The notes under the pieces are model-generated. The model did no database searches and had not been told where the DNA came from. It saw only the letters and a program-made list of their open reading frames with translations. Positions 9,295 through 19,010 of a DNA stretch of 60,372 bases are shown in pieces (position 1 is the stretch's first letter; the number at the start of each line of letters is the position of its first letter). Location: the NCBI GenBank assembly GCA_013334765.1, contig JAAXWW010000002.1:87453-147824 (forward strand), given 5' to 3'. Position numbers and translations under genes: made by a program. The DNA is from Candidatus Moraniibacteriota bacterium (GTDB lineage: Bacteria > Patescibacteriota > Minisyncoccia > Moranbacterales > UBA2206).

Positions 9295-10848
9295 TCATCT
9301 GTCCATAATTAACTCCATAGCCCTTCTTATCCTTTTTATAACAAAATTCGACCCCTGTCCAGCTCTGGAGCGGTTTAGATAGCGCAACTGCCGTATCACC
9401 CACTTAGGATCCCTCATCTTATGCTTCAACCATCTGCCAGTCGCCTTCTTGTAGAAATCAACGATATATTTCTCGTCGAAATCATCGAATTTGACTACGC
9501 AGTTATTGTTCCCGTCGAAATCTTCCCATTTCTCACTAAGCAGCCTCCCCTGGCTCTTGAGCTCATCATGATATCTCGTTCCAGGAAAAGGAGTGGTTAT
9601 GCTGAATTGGACACTGTCGCAATCTATTGATTTGGCAAGATTGAAAGTTTCCTGAATGGTCTTCTTAGTCTCATTGGAAAGCCCGAACGTGAAGGTCCCA
9701 TGAGTCTTTATGCCCAGTTTGGCGCAAAGCTTCGCGTTGCTTTTTATCCTGTCAAAATTTATCGGCTTACCGATATGCTTCAGTATATCCTGATTGCCGC
9801 TTTCGACTCCGAATTTGAGCCCCACACAGCCAGCTTTTTTCATCCTGCGGATCATCTCATCATCCGTTATCATGAAATCAGCCATTGCTGACCAGCCGAC
9901 TTTCTTGTGAAGGCCTCGTTTTATCATCTCGTCACAGAACTCCAGCACATGCTGTTTGCTTCCTGTAAATGTATCATCATCAAAATATATTTCTTTAGCC
10001 CTGTATTCTTTCAGGACAGATTCTATCTCATCGCAAATATAGCTTGCTGGAAAAGGTCGGTATTTTTCATTGCGATACATGATCTGGTTCCAGACACAGA
10101 AATTGCAACGAAACGGACAGCCTCTTGACGCATGCATCTGAATGGCAGGCCTGGATTGGCAAAAGCCATCCCAATACACGCTTATATCATTATTGGTATT
10201 GGACGGGAAAAGATGTCTAGCAGGAAAAGGCAGCTTGCTGATATCCAAAAGGGATTTGACCGGGTTGATAACCACCTGACCGTCTTTTTTGAATGCGATT
10301 CCTTCCTGTGAAGAAAAATCCCGACCGTCGCGAAGCGCCTTGACCAAATCTACGAAATTGATTTCGTATTCAGAAAGCAATATGAAATCTATGGCTGATC
10401 CGGAAATATCGAAAGTTTCTTTCGTGAGAGCTGTCACGTGGAATCCTGCCAATATTATCCTGGTCTCTGGGCTGAATTCCTTTATCTTCTTGGCAAGCTC
10501 AATATCATGACGGACGGTATTTGTGGAAGTTTCAAACAATATCACGTCAGGAACAATCGTCTTGACTTTGGCAATGAATTGATCTTCAGTTTCGTTAAGC
10601 GCAATACTGTCCTCAACAAAAACTTCAACGTTTTCTTCTTTTTCCAAAAGCGCTGCCGCATAAGCCAAATAAAACGGGAACGGCATATAGTCTGATTTTT
10701 CATTCTTGCACTTGGTAACCGAAAAAGGCCAGCGCGAACCGGCGCGAATAAAAAATCTCTCCTCTTTATCATTTATTGAAACTCTATATGGGGGATTAGC
10801 TAATAATACTTTCATGTTCAATATAAAATAAAAAATTAAAAAAGGCAT
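9295..10848 (-). CDS. B12-binding-domain radical SAM protein (class B)
   Basis: N-terminal Rossmann-like KVLLANPPY..., then canonical ASRGCPFRCNFCVW (CX3CX2C). The start may be the ATG at 10815 (MKVLLANPP). Confidence 0.85.
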   Translation of the reverse strand: MPFLIFYFILNMKVLLANPPYRVSINDKEERFFIRAGSRWPFSVTKCKNEKSDYMPFPFYLAYAAALLEKEENVEVFVEDSIALNETEDQFIAKVKTIVPDVILFETSTNTVRHDIELAKKIKEFSPETRIILAGFHVTALTKETFDISGSAIDFILLSEYEINFVDLVKALRDGRDFSSQEGIAFKKDGQVVINPVKSLLDISKLPFPARHLFPSNTNNDISVYWDGFCQSRPAIQMHASRGCPFRCNFCVWNQIMYRNEKYRPFPASYICDEIESVLKEYRAKEIYFDDDTFTGSKQHVLEFCDEMIKRGLHKKVGWSAMADFMITDDEMIRRMKKAGCVGLKFGVESGNQDILKHIGKPINFDRIKSNAKLCAKLGIKTHGTFTFGLSNETKKTIQETFNLAKSIDCDSVQFSITTPFPGTRYHDELKSQGRLLSEKWEDFDGNNNCVVKFDDFDEKYIVDFYKKATGRWLKHKMRDPKWVIRQLRYLNRSRAGQGSNFVIKRIRRAMELIMDR

Positions 10849-10851
10849 CCC

Positions 10852-12039
10852 TTAGACGAGACTATCATACACATCTCTGTCTAGCTTATTTATAATGCTT
10901 TTCCAGCTGAGATCGTTTTCTGCAAGCATCCTTGCATTTGAGCTAACTATACCAGATAATTCCCTATTTTTCAAAGATTTTTCAATATTTGCAGCAAATT
11001 CATGAACCGAATCCGGCGCTGACGTCAATCCGGCATTGTATTTTTCAATATAATATTTCACTTCTCCGATCGCATTGGAAACAATAGGGCGACCAGCACA
11101 AAGATAATCCCCGAAACGCATTGGGAAACGGGCCTTTTCAATACCATTATCATCCATAGGGAGAAGCAAAGCGTCGGCGCTGGCTAAATAAAAAGGAATC
11201 TCAGAAAAAGGGCGCTTGCCCGTAATGATTATTTTTTCCTTCAATTCATCAAAAATATTTCTGAATTTATCGGTTATTTTACCCTCTCCTACCATTACTA
11301 GCTGAATGTCATCAACCTTCAGTGCCTCCTTAAAAGCTCCAAGCATCAAACCAAGGCTGTCCGTATATGTGTTGCCTATCGACACCAAATATTTCTCACC
11401 AACCTCCAGTCCGACTCTCGCACGGCTTTCTTCTTTGTCGAGCATGGCTATCTGTTCAATATTGGACCCGTTGGGAATTTTTATTTTTTCAATTTTCAAA
11501 CCAAGCTTTTCAATCTGTTCTCCGATGAATTCCGAGACATAAGTAATCTTATCGGAAAATTTCAAAAAATATCTTTCCGAAAAACCAAGAACTTTGGAAA
11601 CTATTCCCCCATGCTCATCGGCAAATCCTCCTCCCCATAAATCGTCCCAGTCTATGATGAGCTTTTTCCGACGGATAACCTTAGCAGCCCAAGCCGGAAT
11701 GGCAATCTGGGGCTGCGCCACCGTAAAGGCATGGCATATATCATAATTTCCAAGCAAAACGAAGAGTAATGCAAGAGGAAGACGAAAAAGAAGCTGTCCG
11801 GTAAAATATTCGTGATATTTTATTCGCGGAAGAGTTATGATTGAAAAATTATCATTTATTTTTCTCCTGCGAATCAGGAGATCGAATTTCTTCCCAGAAG
11901 CGCAAATCATTGTGATTTGACACCCGCATTCAGATAACCCTTTCGCCAGAAAAAAACAACGGTAATATGTCCCGAAGTTTTCTTGATTATGATTTATGAA
12001 CAGTATTTTTTTCATCATGTTTCTATTTTTCAAAAACAA
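10852..12039 (-). CDS. Glycosyltransferase, GT-B fold (family 4-like)
   Basis: 395-aa ORF with an N-terminal KILFINH..GTYYRCFFLAKGL domain and a C-terminal LLLPMDDNGIEKARFPMRFGDYLCAGRPIVSN. The motifs are less canonical than in the other GTs. Confidence 0.65.
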   Translation of the reverse strand: MFLKNRNMMKKILFINHNQENFGTYYRCFFLAKGLSECGCQITMICASGKKFDLLIRRRKINDNFSIITLPRIKYHEYFTGQLLFRLPLALLFVLLGNYDICHAFTVAQPQIAIPAWAAKVIRRKKLIIDWDDLWGGGFADEHGGIVSKVLGFSERYFLKFSDKITYVSEFIGEQIEKLGLKIEKIKIPNGSNIEQIAMLDKEESRARVGLEVGEKYLVSIGNTYTDSLGLMLGAFKEALKVDDIQLVMVGEGKITDKFRNIFDELKEKIIITGKRPFSEIPFYLASADALLLPMDDNGIEKARFPMRFGDYLCAGRPIVSNAIGEVKYYIEKYNAGLTSAPDSVHEFAANIEKSLKNRELSGIVSSNARMLAENDLSWKSIINKLDRDVYDSLV

Positions 12040-12117
12040 CCTTCCGACTCAAAGAAATTCTATTTTAATGGCAAATGCCTAATTCTTGTTCATTTTATCA
12101 TATTACAGATAAAATTA

Positions 12118-14793
12118 TTATGAATTTCTGTTTTTCCCTGGAATAGACCGAGAAATGTTTACTGATAGATAGATAGCAGCACCAAGAATAGAAACGATGC
12201 TTATGAATATCCCTATATAGAAGATCCTTTGCGGCTGATATTCCATGACCAGCTCTAAATCGTAACTTCCGTCCGGATTCCTGATACAATTCCCGCTATT
12301 CCGACACAATTGATCGGAATCCATCATCCAAGCATTGGCATAGCTATTGGCGATGAGATGGGTTTTGCTGTCCTCGATCGGACGAGCGAGCCAGTTCTCG
12401 AAGATGGAACCGTCGGGCAGATTGTCGTTTTGGATAGTTCCTTGGAAATCTTTGGAAACGAAACCGATGCTTTTCCCGTTTCCGAGATCGCTCACCCATC
12501 CTTTTCGGATATATTCCTTGACCTCATCGGCACTGGCCTGATCCTCTTCGTTGCCGTCCAGGATCTTGTAGCTATCCAGGCTTTGGTTTTGGGTCCGCCA
12601 GCTGGCAGATTTTTCAAGATACATCTTCCAACCATCATGGAACGATTCAGAGAAGACCAATGGGAACTCCCCTTGGGCAGCATGGACACGAATGCGATAT
12701 TTTGTCGGACTGATTTTTTTGAACTCAAGAGTGGGAAGATTGTCTCCTTTCCGGATAACATCATCACCGCTTTCCGATCCGCTGAAATATTTTCCAATAT
12801 TCTTATCCTGATTCAAAAAGTATATGACTGACGAATCTTTTCCATCGCCATTTTCCGAAGAAACATCGGCGATATCCGAAACATCCTTTTCAGTCAATAT
12901 TGTTTCTTTCGGAACATAGATCAATGGCAGGAAATATTCCCTTCTGAAATCATACGTATCTATACCTGAAAGGTCCTTGAGTCCGTCCCTTATTATTTTG
13001 GTATATTCCCGGTCGCCTTTGACACCCGGATCTATTTTATCCAAATACTCGCTGGTAAATTTACCAAAATTACTTTTTGATTCAAGAAAATATTTAGCCT
13101 GCAATATTTCCCTCATCTTGCGAGGAGAAGGAGTGCTGTCATAGCCAGCAATCCAGTTGTAATCATTCTGCTGAGTAATATATCCGGTGCCCAAATAGCC
13201 GAGTACTCTCGGATTATCAAGTCCTGAGTCATAGAAAGCCTTAATAGCGTTGTCATTATAGTATCCGGTATCGCTGAAATTAGGATATATCACAAATGGC
13301 TGCCTTGAGGCCAGCGACACGAAAGGAAGCGGTCCGGAAAATCCGTATTGGAAAAGATGGCTGCCATTGAAAGCCTTCGGCAAAGCGATGTTGCGCATCA
13401 AGAGTTTTTTCTTGGCATACTCGTTTTCATACTCTTTCCAATAATCCGGAACTTCCGTATGAATGGTCCGCATCGTCAGGAAATTATCGCTGTAATATAT
13501 TTCTGGGGTGAGGGCGTAGAAATACACGGTGATGATAGCGATAGACAAGACAGCAACGCTGAAATATTTGGTTTTTTTAAGGAAGAAATCAAACAGTTGG
13601 GCACCGAGAACCGTTGATGATAGGATTACTAGCGGAATGAATTTAGCCCAGGGCTCACGGAATATCCAGAATCCTGGGACATGATCCCAACATAATTTGA
13701 AAATGAATCCTAATGGGGCGCTCGGTCCCTTGGATAGAAAAACGCCGGAGAGGAAAATGAAAATCCAAAAGGAAGCCTCTTTCCCAACCCATTCTTTCTT
13801 GCTTTTCTTATCTAATATCGCGAAAAATACTGCGCCCAAGACAAAGATTATGGGGATAAAAGAATATGCGACTAAAAAACCGCTATTTTCGAAAACAGTC
13901 GCGAACTGGACATACCTATGTCCGTATCCCTCCCCTTGCCACCACGGAGCATATCCCATATACCTCATGACATTGAAAAAGGTGAGATTTTCCGAAACAC
14001 GGAGTTCTGTCGCATTCAGGCCTTTGGAAATGCCAACAGAAGATTCCAGCATCGAAGGCGCAAGGGTTGAAAGCCACCAGGCATTGATAAGGATGAACAT
14101 AAAAGAGGCGCCTATGGAAAAAAACACAACCTCCTTGATTCTTATTTTTCTCCCGATGATTATGTAGGTCAGATAGGAAAGAATGAGAAAATATACAATT
14201 GAGACGGCTGGCGGATTAGAGGATGCCTGCGCAATAATCAGGAGCGAGAAAGGCATAAGAATGATAAATTTCAGAAGTTTCCGGTCAATCAGATATTTCT
14301 TGATTACCAGGATTGTTATCGGAAGAACGATGTATACCAATTTGACGTTTAGCGCCAACGGAGAAACCACATAATGAAGATTATATGTATAAAAAAGGGA
14401 GAAGGCCGTGGCGACGGAATAGTTTGTCCTATACGATCTCACAAGAAGCAGGAACATCGAGTAACCGCAGAAGAACAGGAGAAGGAAATATAGCACCCTT
14501 TCGATAGCCTGAGGAGAAAAAACAATATGAAACAGATTAAAGAATAGCACGTAGGGAATGTTGTTTATTGAGAGATTGGAGTGTCCGAGGTTCATCCAAT
14601 CGTTCCAGGCGAAAGTCGACGTTTTCTGAATGAAAAAACCATCATATTGCAGCGAGAACTCATCCGCGCCCATCAGGAAGCCAGTATTAAAAATATTCCG
14701 GATGATGGCCAGGTTTATGATCGCTAGCAAAACCGCCCAGGCATATTCGTGCTTGAACCAAGATCTTATTTTTTTCAAAATTTCTTCAAACAT
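12118..14793 (-). CDS. Large (891 aa) polytopic membrane protein with a C-terminal extracytoplasmic domain; GT-C-type (YfhO/AftD-like) glycosyltransferase candidate
   Basis: More than 10 hydrophobic helices in the N-terminal ~430 aa, then a soluble domain (..VFSESFHDGWKMYL..) and a terminal TM helix. Paralogue of the edge-truncated gene at 1..1203. Confidence 0.6.
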   Translation of the reverse strand: MFEEILKKIRSWFKHEYAWAVLLAIINLAIIRNIFNTGFLMGADEFSLQYDGFFIQKTSTFAWNDWMNLGHSNLSINNIPYVLFFNLFHIVFSPQAIERVLYFLLLFFCGYSMFLLLVRSYRTNYSVATAFSLFYTYNLHYVVSPLALNVKLVYIVLPITILVIKKYLIDRKLLKFIILMPFSLLIIAQASSNPPAVSIVYFLILSYLTYIIIGRKIRIKEVVFFSIGASFMFILINAWWLSTLAPSMLESSVGISKGLNATELRVSENLTFFNVMRYMGYAPWWQGEGYGHRYVQFATVFENSGFLVAYSFIPIIFVLGAVFFAILDKKSKKEWVGKEASFWIFIFLSGVFLSKGPSAPLGFIFKLCWDHVPGFWIFREPWAKFIPLVILSSTVLGAQLFDFFLKKTKYFSVAVLSIAIITVYFYALTPEIYYSDNFLTMRTIHTEVPDYWKEYENEYAKKKLLMRNIALPKAFNGSHLFQYGFSGPLPFVSLASRQPFVIYPNFSDTGYYNDNAIKAFYDSGLDNPRVLGYLGTGYITQQNDYNWIAGYDSTPSPRKMREILQAKYFLESKSNFGKFTSEYLDKIDPGVKGDREYTKIIRDGLKDLSGIDTYDFRREYFLPLIYVPKETILTEKDVSDIADVSSENGDGKDSSVIYFLNQDKNIGKYFSGSESGDDVIRKGDNLPTLEFKKISPTKYRIRVHAAQGEFPLVFSESFHDGWKMYLEKSASWRTQNQSLDSYKILDGNEEDQASADEVKEYIRKGWVSDLGNGKSIGFVSKDFQGTIQNDNLPDGSIFENWLARPIEDSKTHLIANSYANAWMMDSDQLCRNSGNCIRNPDGSYDLELVMEYQPQRIFYIGIFISIVSILGAAIYLSVNISRSIPGKNRNS

Positions 14794-14798
14794 TCGTT

Positions 14799-15815
14799 TC
14801 AGTCGAAAATCTCACTCGCGTTCATATTATACAACGCACTCTTATCATCAAATCGTTCCAACCATTCCAATATTTTTTCTTTTGATTTTCCAGCTATCTC
14901 CTCAAATCCCAAGGCTTCCATTCCGTTCACGCTCATCATCTCAATCGCTGTTCTCGCCGGAATGACAGTCGGGTCATGATTGATCCCTTTCTGAAGAAGC
15001 GCGGCGAATTTCCCCGCTTCCCAGATGTCGAGACGGTTAGAACTGGCTGCTCCGTCAGTTCCAAGAGAAACACAGATGCCTTTTTCCATCATCTTGGCAA
15101 CAGGAGCGATTCCGGAACCGAGCTTCAGGTTGCTGAGCGGGCAATGCGACACTTTCACGTTCCTTTTAGCAAGGATGTCGATGTCATCGTCTGTGAGCCA
15201 CACGCAATGAGCTGCAATCGTTTTTTCATCCAGAACGCCGAGGCTGTCGAGATATGCGGTCGGAGTCATCCTGTTCTTATCCATCGAGTCATCGAATTCT
15301 TTTTTCGTTTCCGCCAGATGGATGTGATATGGAGCGTCATGTTTCCTGGCCAGCTCTTTGGCTCTGACAAGATTTTCTCTGGAAACGGTATAGATGGAAT
15401 GCGGAGCGACCGCCACTTTGACGAATCTGCTTTCTTTATATTTCTCAAACAATTTTTCAGTCAGATCAAAAGCCTCATCGGCATTCTTGGCGCTCGGAGT
15501 CGGGAAATCCAGGATCCCCTCGCCGATGAGGACATGCATTCCTAGCTCTTCGGCAGCGCGAGCCACCTGGTCTTCGAAAAAATACATATCCGAAAAAGCC
15601 TCGACGCCGTTTCTTCTCATTTCAAGGATCGCCTCCTTGGTTTTCTCATAGACGAAATCCGGTTTCACGTTCGCCCTTTCTGCCGGCCAAATATATTCCT
15701 CAAGCCATTTTTGAAGCGGCATATCTTCAGCCAAACCGCGGAAGCCGACCATGGCAGCGTGGGTGTGAGTGTTTATAAGCGGAAAATCCAGTTTCATAGT
15801 TTTATTTTTCTTCAT
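14799..15815 (-). CDS. Amidohydrolase of the MTA/SAH (5'-deoxyadenosine) deaminase group (MtaD/DadD-like)
   Basis: Metal ligands INTHTH, HIHLAET, HCVWL and SLGTDGAASSN. Shorter than typical members (338 aa). Confidence 0.7.
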   Translation of the reverse strand: MKKNKTMKLDFPLINTHTHAAMVGFRGLAEDMPLQKWLEEYIWPAERANVKPDFVYEKTKEAILEMRRNGVEAFSDMYFFEDQVARAAEELGMHVLIGEGILDFPTPSAKNADEAFDLTEKLFEKYKESRFVKVAVAPHSIYTVSRENLVRAKELARKHDAPYHIHLAETKKEFDDSMDKNRMTPTAYLDSLGVLDEKTIAAHCVWLTDDDIDILAKRNVKVSHCPLSNLKLGSGIAPVAKMMEKGICVSLGTDGAASSNRLDIWEAGKFAALLQKGINHDPTVIPARTAIEMMSVNGMEALGFEEIAGKSKEKILEWLERFDDKSALYNMNASEIFD

Positions 15816-16011
15816 CTTTTATCATCCCAGCGCCGGAAAGCGCCTTTCCTGAAAGGGCTTTTTCAATGGAAGAAACCCTGTCTTCAAGCTGCTTTCTCCA
15901 AGAAGCGTCATGCCCTTTCTTCTCATAGTTCTCTGCCAGGTCTTTCTTGATCGACTGCAATTCTTCTTCTAGCTGCCGCATTTCCTCGCTATGATTCGTT
16001 TTATTTTCCAT
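15802..16011 (-). CDS. Small coiled-coil protein, unknown function
   Basis: 69-aa charged, heptad-like ORF (QLEEELQSIKKDLAENYEKK) in the operon orientation. Its 3' end overlaps the next gene by 14 nt. No family recognised. Confidence 0.4.
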   Translation of the reverse strand: MENKTNHSEEMRQLEEELQSIKKDLAENYEKKGHDASWRKQLEDRVSSIEKALSGKALSGAGMIKDEEK

Positions 16012-16031
16012 ATTTTTGTTGAATTTAAGGT

Positions 16032-16877
16032 TTAAGATTTTTTCCTAAGCAAGAAATTGAAACCGACCATTCCTCTCAGGAAATACATCCCGAATGCCAA
16101 GCATGGATGCGCGAGAAGCTTCTTCCATTTGCCGTTTTCCATGAAAACCCCGAAAAAACGATAGCTGAGGCCGAACTGTTTTTTGATGTCAGGGTCGTCT
16201 TTTCCCCATTTTTTTATATACTCGTCGAACTTCTCTCCATAATAGCCTTTCTTAGATAAATATTTCATCAAATCGAATTCGGCTTCGTTGTGATATATGG
16301 GATGGCTTACTAGGGCGATTTCCCCGATTTTCTTGAGCTTCTTGTCCAGATCCCAATCTTCCGGGCCGGTGAGCTTCTCGTCAAAGCCTCCGACTTCCAA
16401 GAATGCGCTCTTTTTGATGAAGCGCACCCCGTCGATGACCGTTCCGTCATAGAAGCTCCGCTCGAATCTTCTCACTTGAGAGAAAAATCTCTCCCCCATC
16501 ACTATTTCCGAGATATGGAGAGCGATGATTTTGTCATTTTGACTTATCTTTTCAATGCAATCAGCGATAACGCCATCGCTCATGATCATATCGGCATCCA
16601 GATAGATGACATAATCTCCCTGTGATTTTGCAACCCCGAAATTCCTTTGAGCGCTCCTTTCCGGACCTTTATCAAAAACCTTGCCAGTATGTTTCCCCGC
16701 GATTTCCTTGGTTCTGTCAGCAGAACCGTTATCCACCACGATGATCTCCAGCTTGTCCTGGGGATAGCTTTGCTTCTTCACCGATTCCAAACACGCCCCG
16801 ATGTTCTTTTCCTCGTTTTTGGTGGTTATAATGATTGAAACAAGCGGCTGGTTTTCCATGTTCGGGTTATGAGACAT
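16032..16877 (-). CDS. Glycosyltransferase family 2 (GT-A)
   Basis: VSIIITTKNEEKNIGACLESV, VVDNGSADRT and YLDADM (DxD). Confidence 0.85.
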   Translation of the reverse strand: MSHNPNMENQPLVSIIITTKNEEKNIGACLESVKKQSYPQDKLEIIVVDNGSADRTKEIAGKHTGKVFDKGPERSAQRNFGVAKSQGDYVIYLDADMIMSDGVIADCIEKISQNDKIIALHISEIVMGERFFSQVRRFERSFYDGTVIDGVRFIKKSAFLEVGGFDEKLTGPEDWDLDKKLKKIGEIALVSHPIYHNEAEFDLMKYLSKKGYYGEKFDEYIKKWGKDDPDIKKQFGLSYRFFGVFMENGKWKKLLAHPCLAFGMYFLRGMVGFNFLLRKKS

Positions 16878-16927
16878 TACTCTTGGAATTATAGTATAAT
16901 AGGGTCATAATCACAATCCAACCCATT

Positions 16928-18661
16928 ATGCCTCTTACTGCCCAGCAAAAAAGATATATCAAGAAAAACGCCGACCGGATGAGCCCGGAAGAGATCGCCA
17001 GAAACGGGAATATTCCCGAAAAGGAGGTCTTCTGGTTCTTCAAGAAGAATCCTTCCAAGAGCAAGATCGGGAAGACGAGCCCGGACAGGACCGAAGAAGC
17101 TCCTGTGTCATCCAATGGTTTCGATTTCGCCGCTTTTTTGAATGACAACCTTGGAATATTCATCTCCCTTTCGCTTCTGGTTTTCATCGCATATTTCAAC
17201 GCTCTCGGCAACGGTTTCGTTTCCGACGACATCGCCGCCATCGCCAACAATCCCGACATCGGAAAATTCAGCAACATCTTCTCATATTTCCCCAATGGTT
17301 CCGTCCAGAAGCTCCTCTATTTCTTCGCTTTCCATATCGCCGGACTCTCGCCGTGGATTTTCAGATCCATAAACATCCTCGCCCATCTCGGATCCGTCTT
17401 CCTGGTCTTCACCATCCTATCGCTCCTCGCCAAAAAGCCGGTCGCCGTCATGGCAGCCGTTCTTTTCGCCGTCCATCCGATCCTCACCGAATCCATCACC
17501 TGGATTTCCGGCGGACCGTATGCGCTCTATTCCTTTTTCTTCCTGGTTTCCTTCCTGCTGTATATCCTATCCGAAAACAGCAAGAAGGCATATGCCTATT
17601 CGATCCTTTTCTTCTTCCTGGCTCTCACCTCCAGCGAAAAAGCCATGCCGCTTTTCCTGGTTTTCCTGCTTTTCGAATTCGTGTTCAGGGATCTCGGGAA
17701 GAATTGGAAAAAAACGATCCCGTATTTTTCCTTGAGCATCCTCTGGCTTTTCATGTTCCTCTTCCGTGTCGGAGAAAGAGTGTCTTCGGTCGTTTCTGAT
17801 TCGCCGACCCAGGGAAACTCCGGGCTGTTCAATCCTTTCATCCAGATCCCGGTCGCCATCGTGTCATATCTCAAGCTCATCTTCTGGCCGGCAAAGCTGT
17901 CGCTCTATCAGACGGAAATGGTTTTCTCGACCGGGCAATATGTTGCCATCCTCTTGGCTTTCCTTGTTTTCCTGGCAATCGTTTTCTGGAGCTTCAAGAA
18001 GGACAGGAAGATATTCTTCTGGCTTTCCTTTTTCATCGTTTCGCTTCTGGTGACGCTCACGCCCATCAAAATCGCCTGGGTCGTCGCTGAGCGCTATGGC
18101 TATCTCGGATCAATCGGCATTTTCGTTCCCCTCGCCTATTTCTTCAGCTACCTGTCCGAGAAAGAAGAGAAATGGAGAGTCGCCGCCTATTCCGTTTTCG
18201 GAATCCTGACGATTGCCCTCTTAGTGCGTACCATCATCAGGAACACCGACTGGAAAAACGAAGACACGCTCTGGGTCGCCACCGCCCAAGTCGCGCCCTC
18301 AGGAGAGCATATCCACAACAACCTAGGGGATGTATATTCAAGGCAGGGAGACCTTCCTAGGGCCGTTTTGGAGTTCCAGAAGGCCATCGAGATCAATCCG
18401 CGCTATGCTGACGGCTATCACAACCTCGGAAACACCTACCAGCAGATGGAGGACTATGACAACGCTGTTTTGAACTATCGAAAAGCCATCGAATTCAACC
18501 CGAACCTGTGGCAGTCATATCAGGGGCTCGCCGCCATATATTTCGAAAGGGGCGATTATCCGCAAGCATTGGAAAACATCCAGGCAGCCGCCAAGATAAA
18601 TCCGAACGACCCGGATCTCGCTCAAAACCTGCAGCTGATACGAAGCCGGGTTGGGAAATAG
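16928..18661 (+). CDS. Membrane protein with C-terminal TPR repeats, TMTC/PMT-like GT-C O-glycosyltransferase candidate
   Basis: First-loop motif NALGNGFVSDD, about 10 TM helices, and C-terminal TPRs (NLGDVYSRQGDLPRAVLEFQKAIEINP, repeated about four times). Confidence 0.7.
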   Translation: MPLTAQQKRYIKKNADRMSPEEIARNGNIPEKEVFWFFKKNPSKSKIGKTSPDRTEEAPVSSNGFDFAAFLNDNLGIFISLSLLVFIAYFNALGNGFVSDDIAAIANNPDIGKFSNIFSYFPNGSVQKLLYFFAFHIAGLSPWIFRSINILAHLGSVFLVFTILSLLAKKPVAVMAAVLFAVHPILTESITWISGGPYALYSFFFLVSFLLYILSENSKKAYAYSILFFFLALTSSEKAMPLFLVFLLFEFVFRDLGKNWKKTIPYFSLSILWLFMFLFRVGERVSSVVSDSPTQGNSGLFNPFIQIPVAIVSYLKLIFWPAKLSLYQTEMVFSTGQYVAILLAFLVFLAIVFWSFKKDRKIFFWLSFFIVSLLVTLTPIKIAWVVAERYGYLGSIGIFVPLAYFFSYLSEKEEKWRVAAYSVFGILTIALLVRTIIRNTDWKNEDTLWVATAQVAPSGEHIHNNLGDVYSRQGDLPRAVLEFQKAIEINPRYADGYHNLGNTYQQMEDYDNAVLNYRKAIEFNPNLWQSYQGLAAIYFERGDYPQALENIQAAAKINPNDPDLAQNLQLIRSRVGK

Positions 18662-18669
18662 TCCCCCGA

Positions 18670-18698
18670 TTGACTGATTTCAAGCCATATGCTATGAT
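18670..18698 (+). promoter_or_regulatory. Sigma70-like promoter for the cold-shock gene
   Basis: TTGACT (18670-18675), 17 nt spacer, TATGAT (18693-18698). About 48 nt upstream of the csp ATG. Confidence 0.55.
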
Positions 18699-18746
18699 TC
18701 AGATGTGAAAAGTAGTCGAGCTTCACTAATTACGCAGAAAAAAATC

Positions 18747-18944
18747 ATGATCGGTACTATAAAAACCAAGACTGACAGAGGCTTCGGCTTCATTACTTCT
18801 CCAGAACTAGGCAAGGATTTATTCTTCCATAGCAATTCTTTGGTCGGAGTGACTTTTGACGAGATCAAAGAAGGAGACAGCGTCTCTTTCGAGTCTGAAG
18901 AATCCCCTAAGGGACTCAACGCGACAAACGTTCAGCGCGCCTAA
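18747..18944 (+). CDS. Cold-shock domain protein (CspA family)
   Basis: MIGTIKTKTDRGFGFITS...DLFFHSNSL...EGDSVSFESEESPKGLNATNV contains RNP1-like GFGFI. The ORF is open from 18705, but the family start is the internal ATG at 18747. Confidence 0.85.
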   Translation: MIGTIKTKTDRGFGFITSPELGKDLFFHSNSLVGVTFDEIKEGDSVSFESEESPKGLNATNVQRA

Positions 18945-18961
18945 TAAGCGAGCGAAAACAG

Positions 18962-18997
18962 AAAAACTTCCAGGTTTCGGCCTGGAAGTTTTCTGTT
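18962..18997. terminator. Bidirectional intrinsic terminator
   Basis: Perfect 12-bp stem aaaacttccagg / cctggaagtttt with loop tttcgg. Lies between the convergent csp (+) and 19011..19502 (-). Confidence 0.65.
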
Positions 18998-19010
18998 ATG
19001 GAAGGAATGT

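Noticed and set aside
16881-16927. Divergent promoter between the GT2 gene and the TPR/GT-C gene (TATAAT at 16895-16900)
   Set aside because: The -10 hexamer is perfect, but no acceptable -35 lies at 16-18 nt spacing on either strand. That is too weak to list.
16867-17295. 142-aa minus-strand ORF
   Set aside because: It overlaps the 5' end of the TPR/GT-C gene (16928..18661), which has strong family features. The GT2 gene already ends this minus-strand operon at 16877. Probably spurious.
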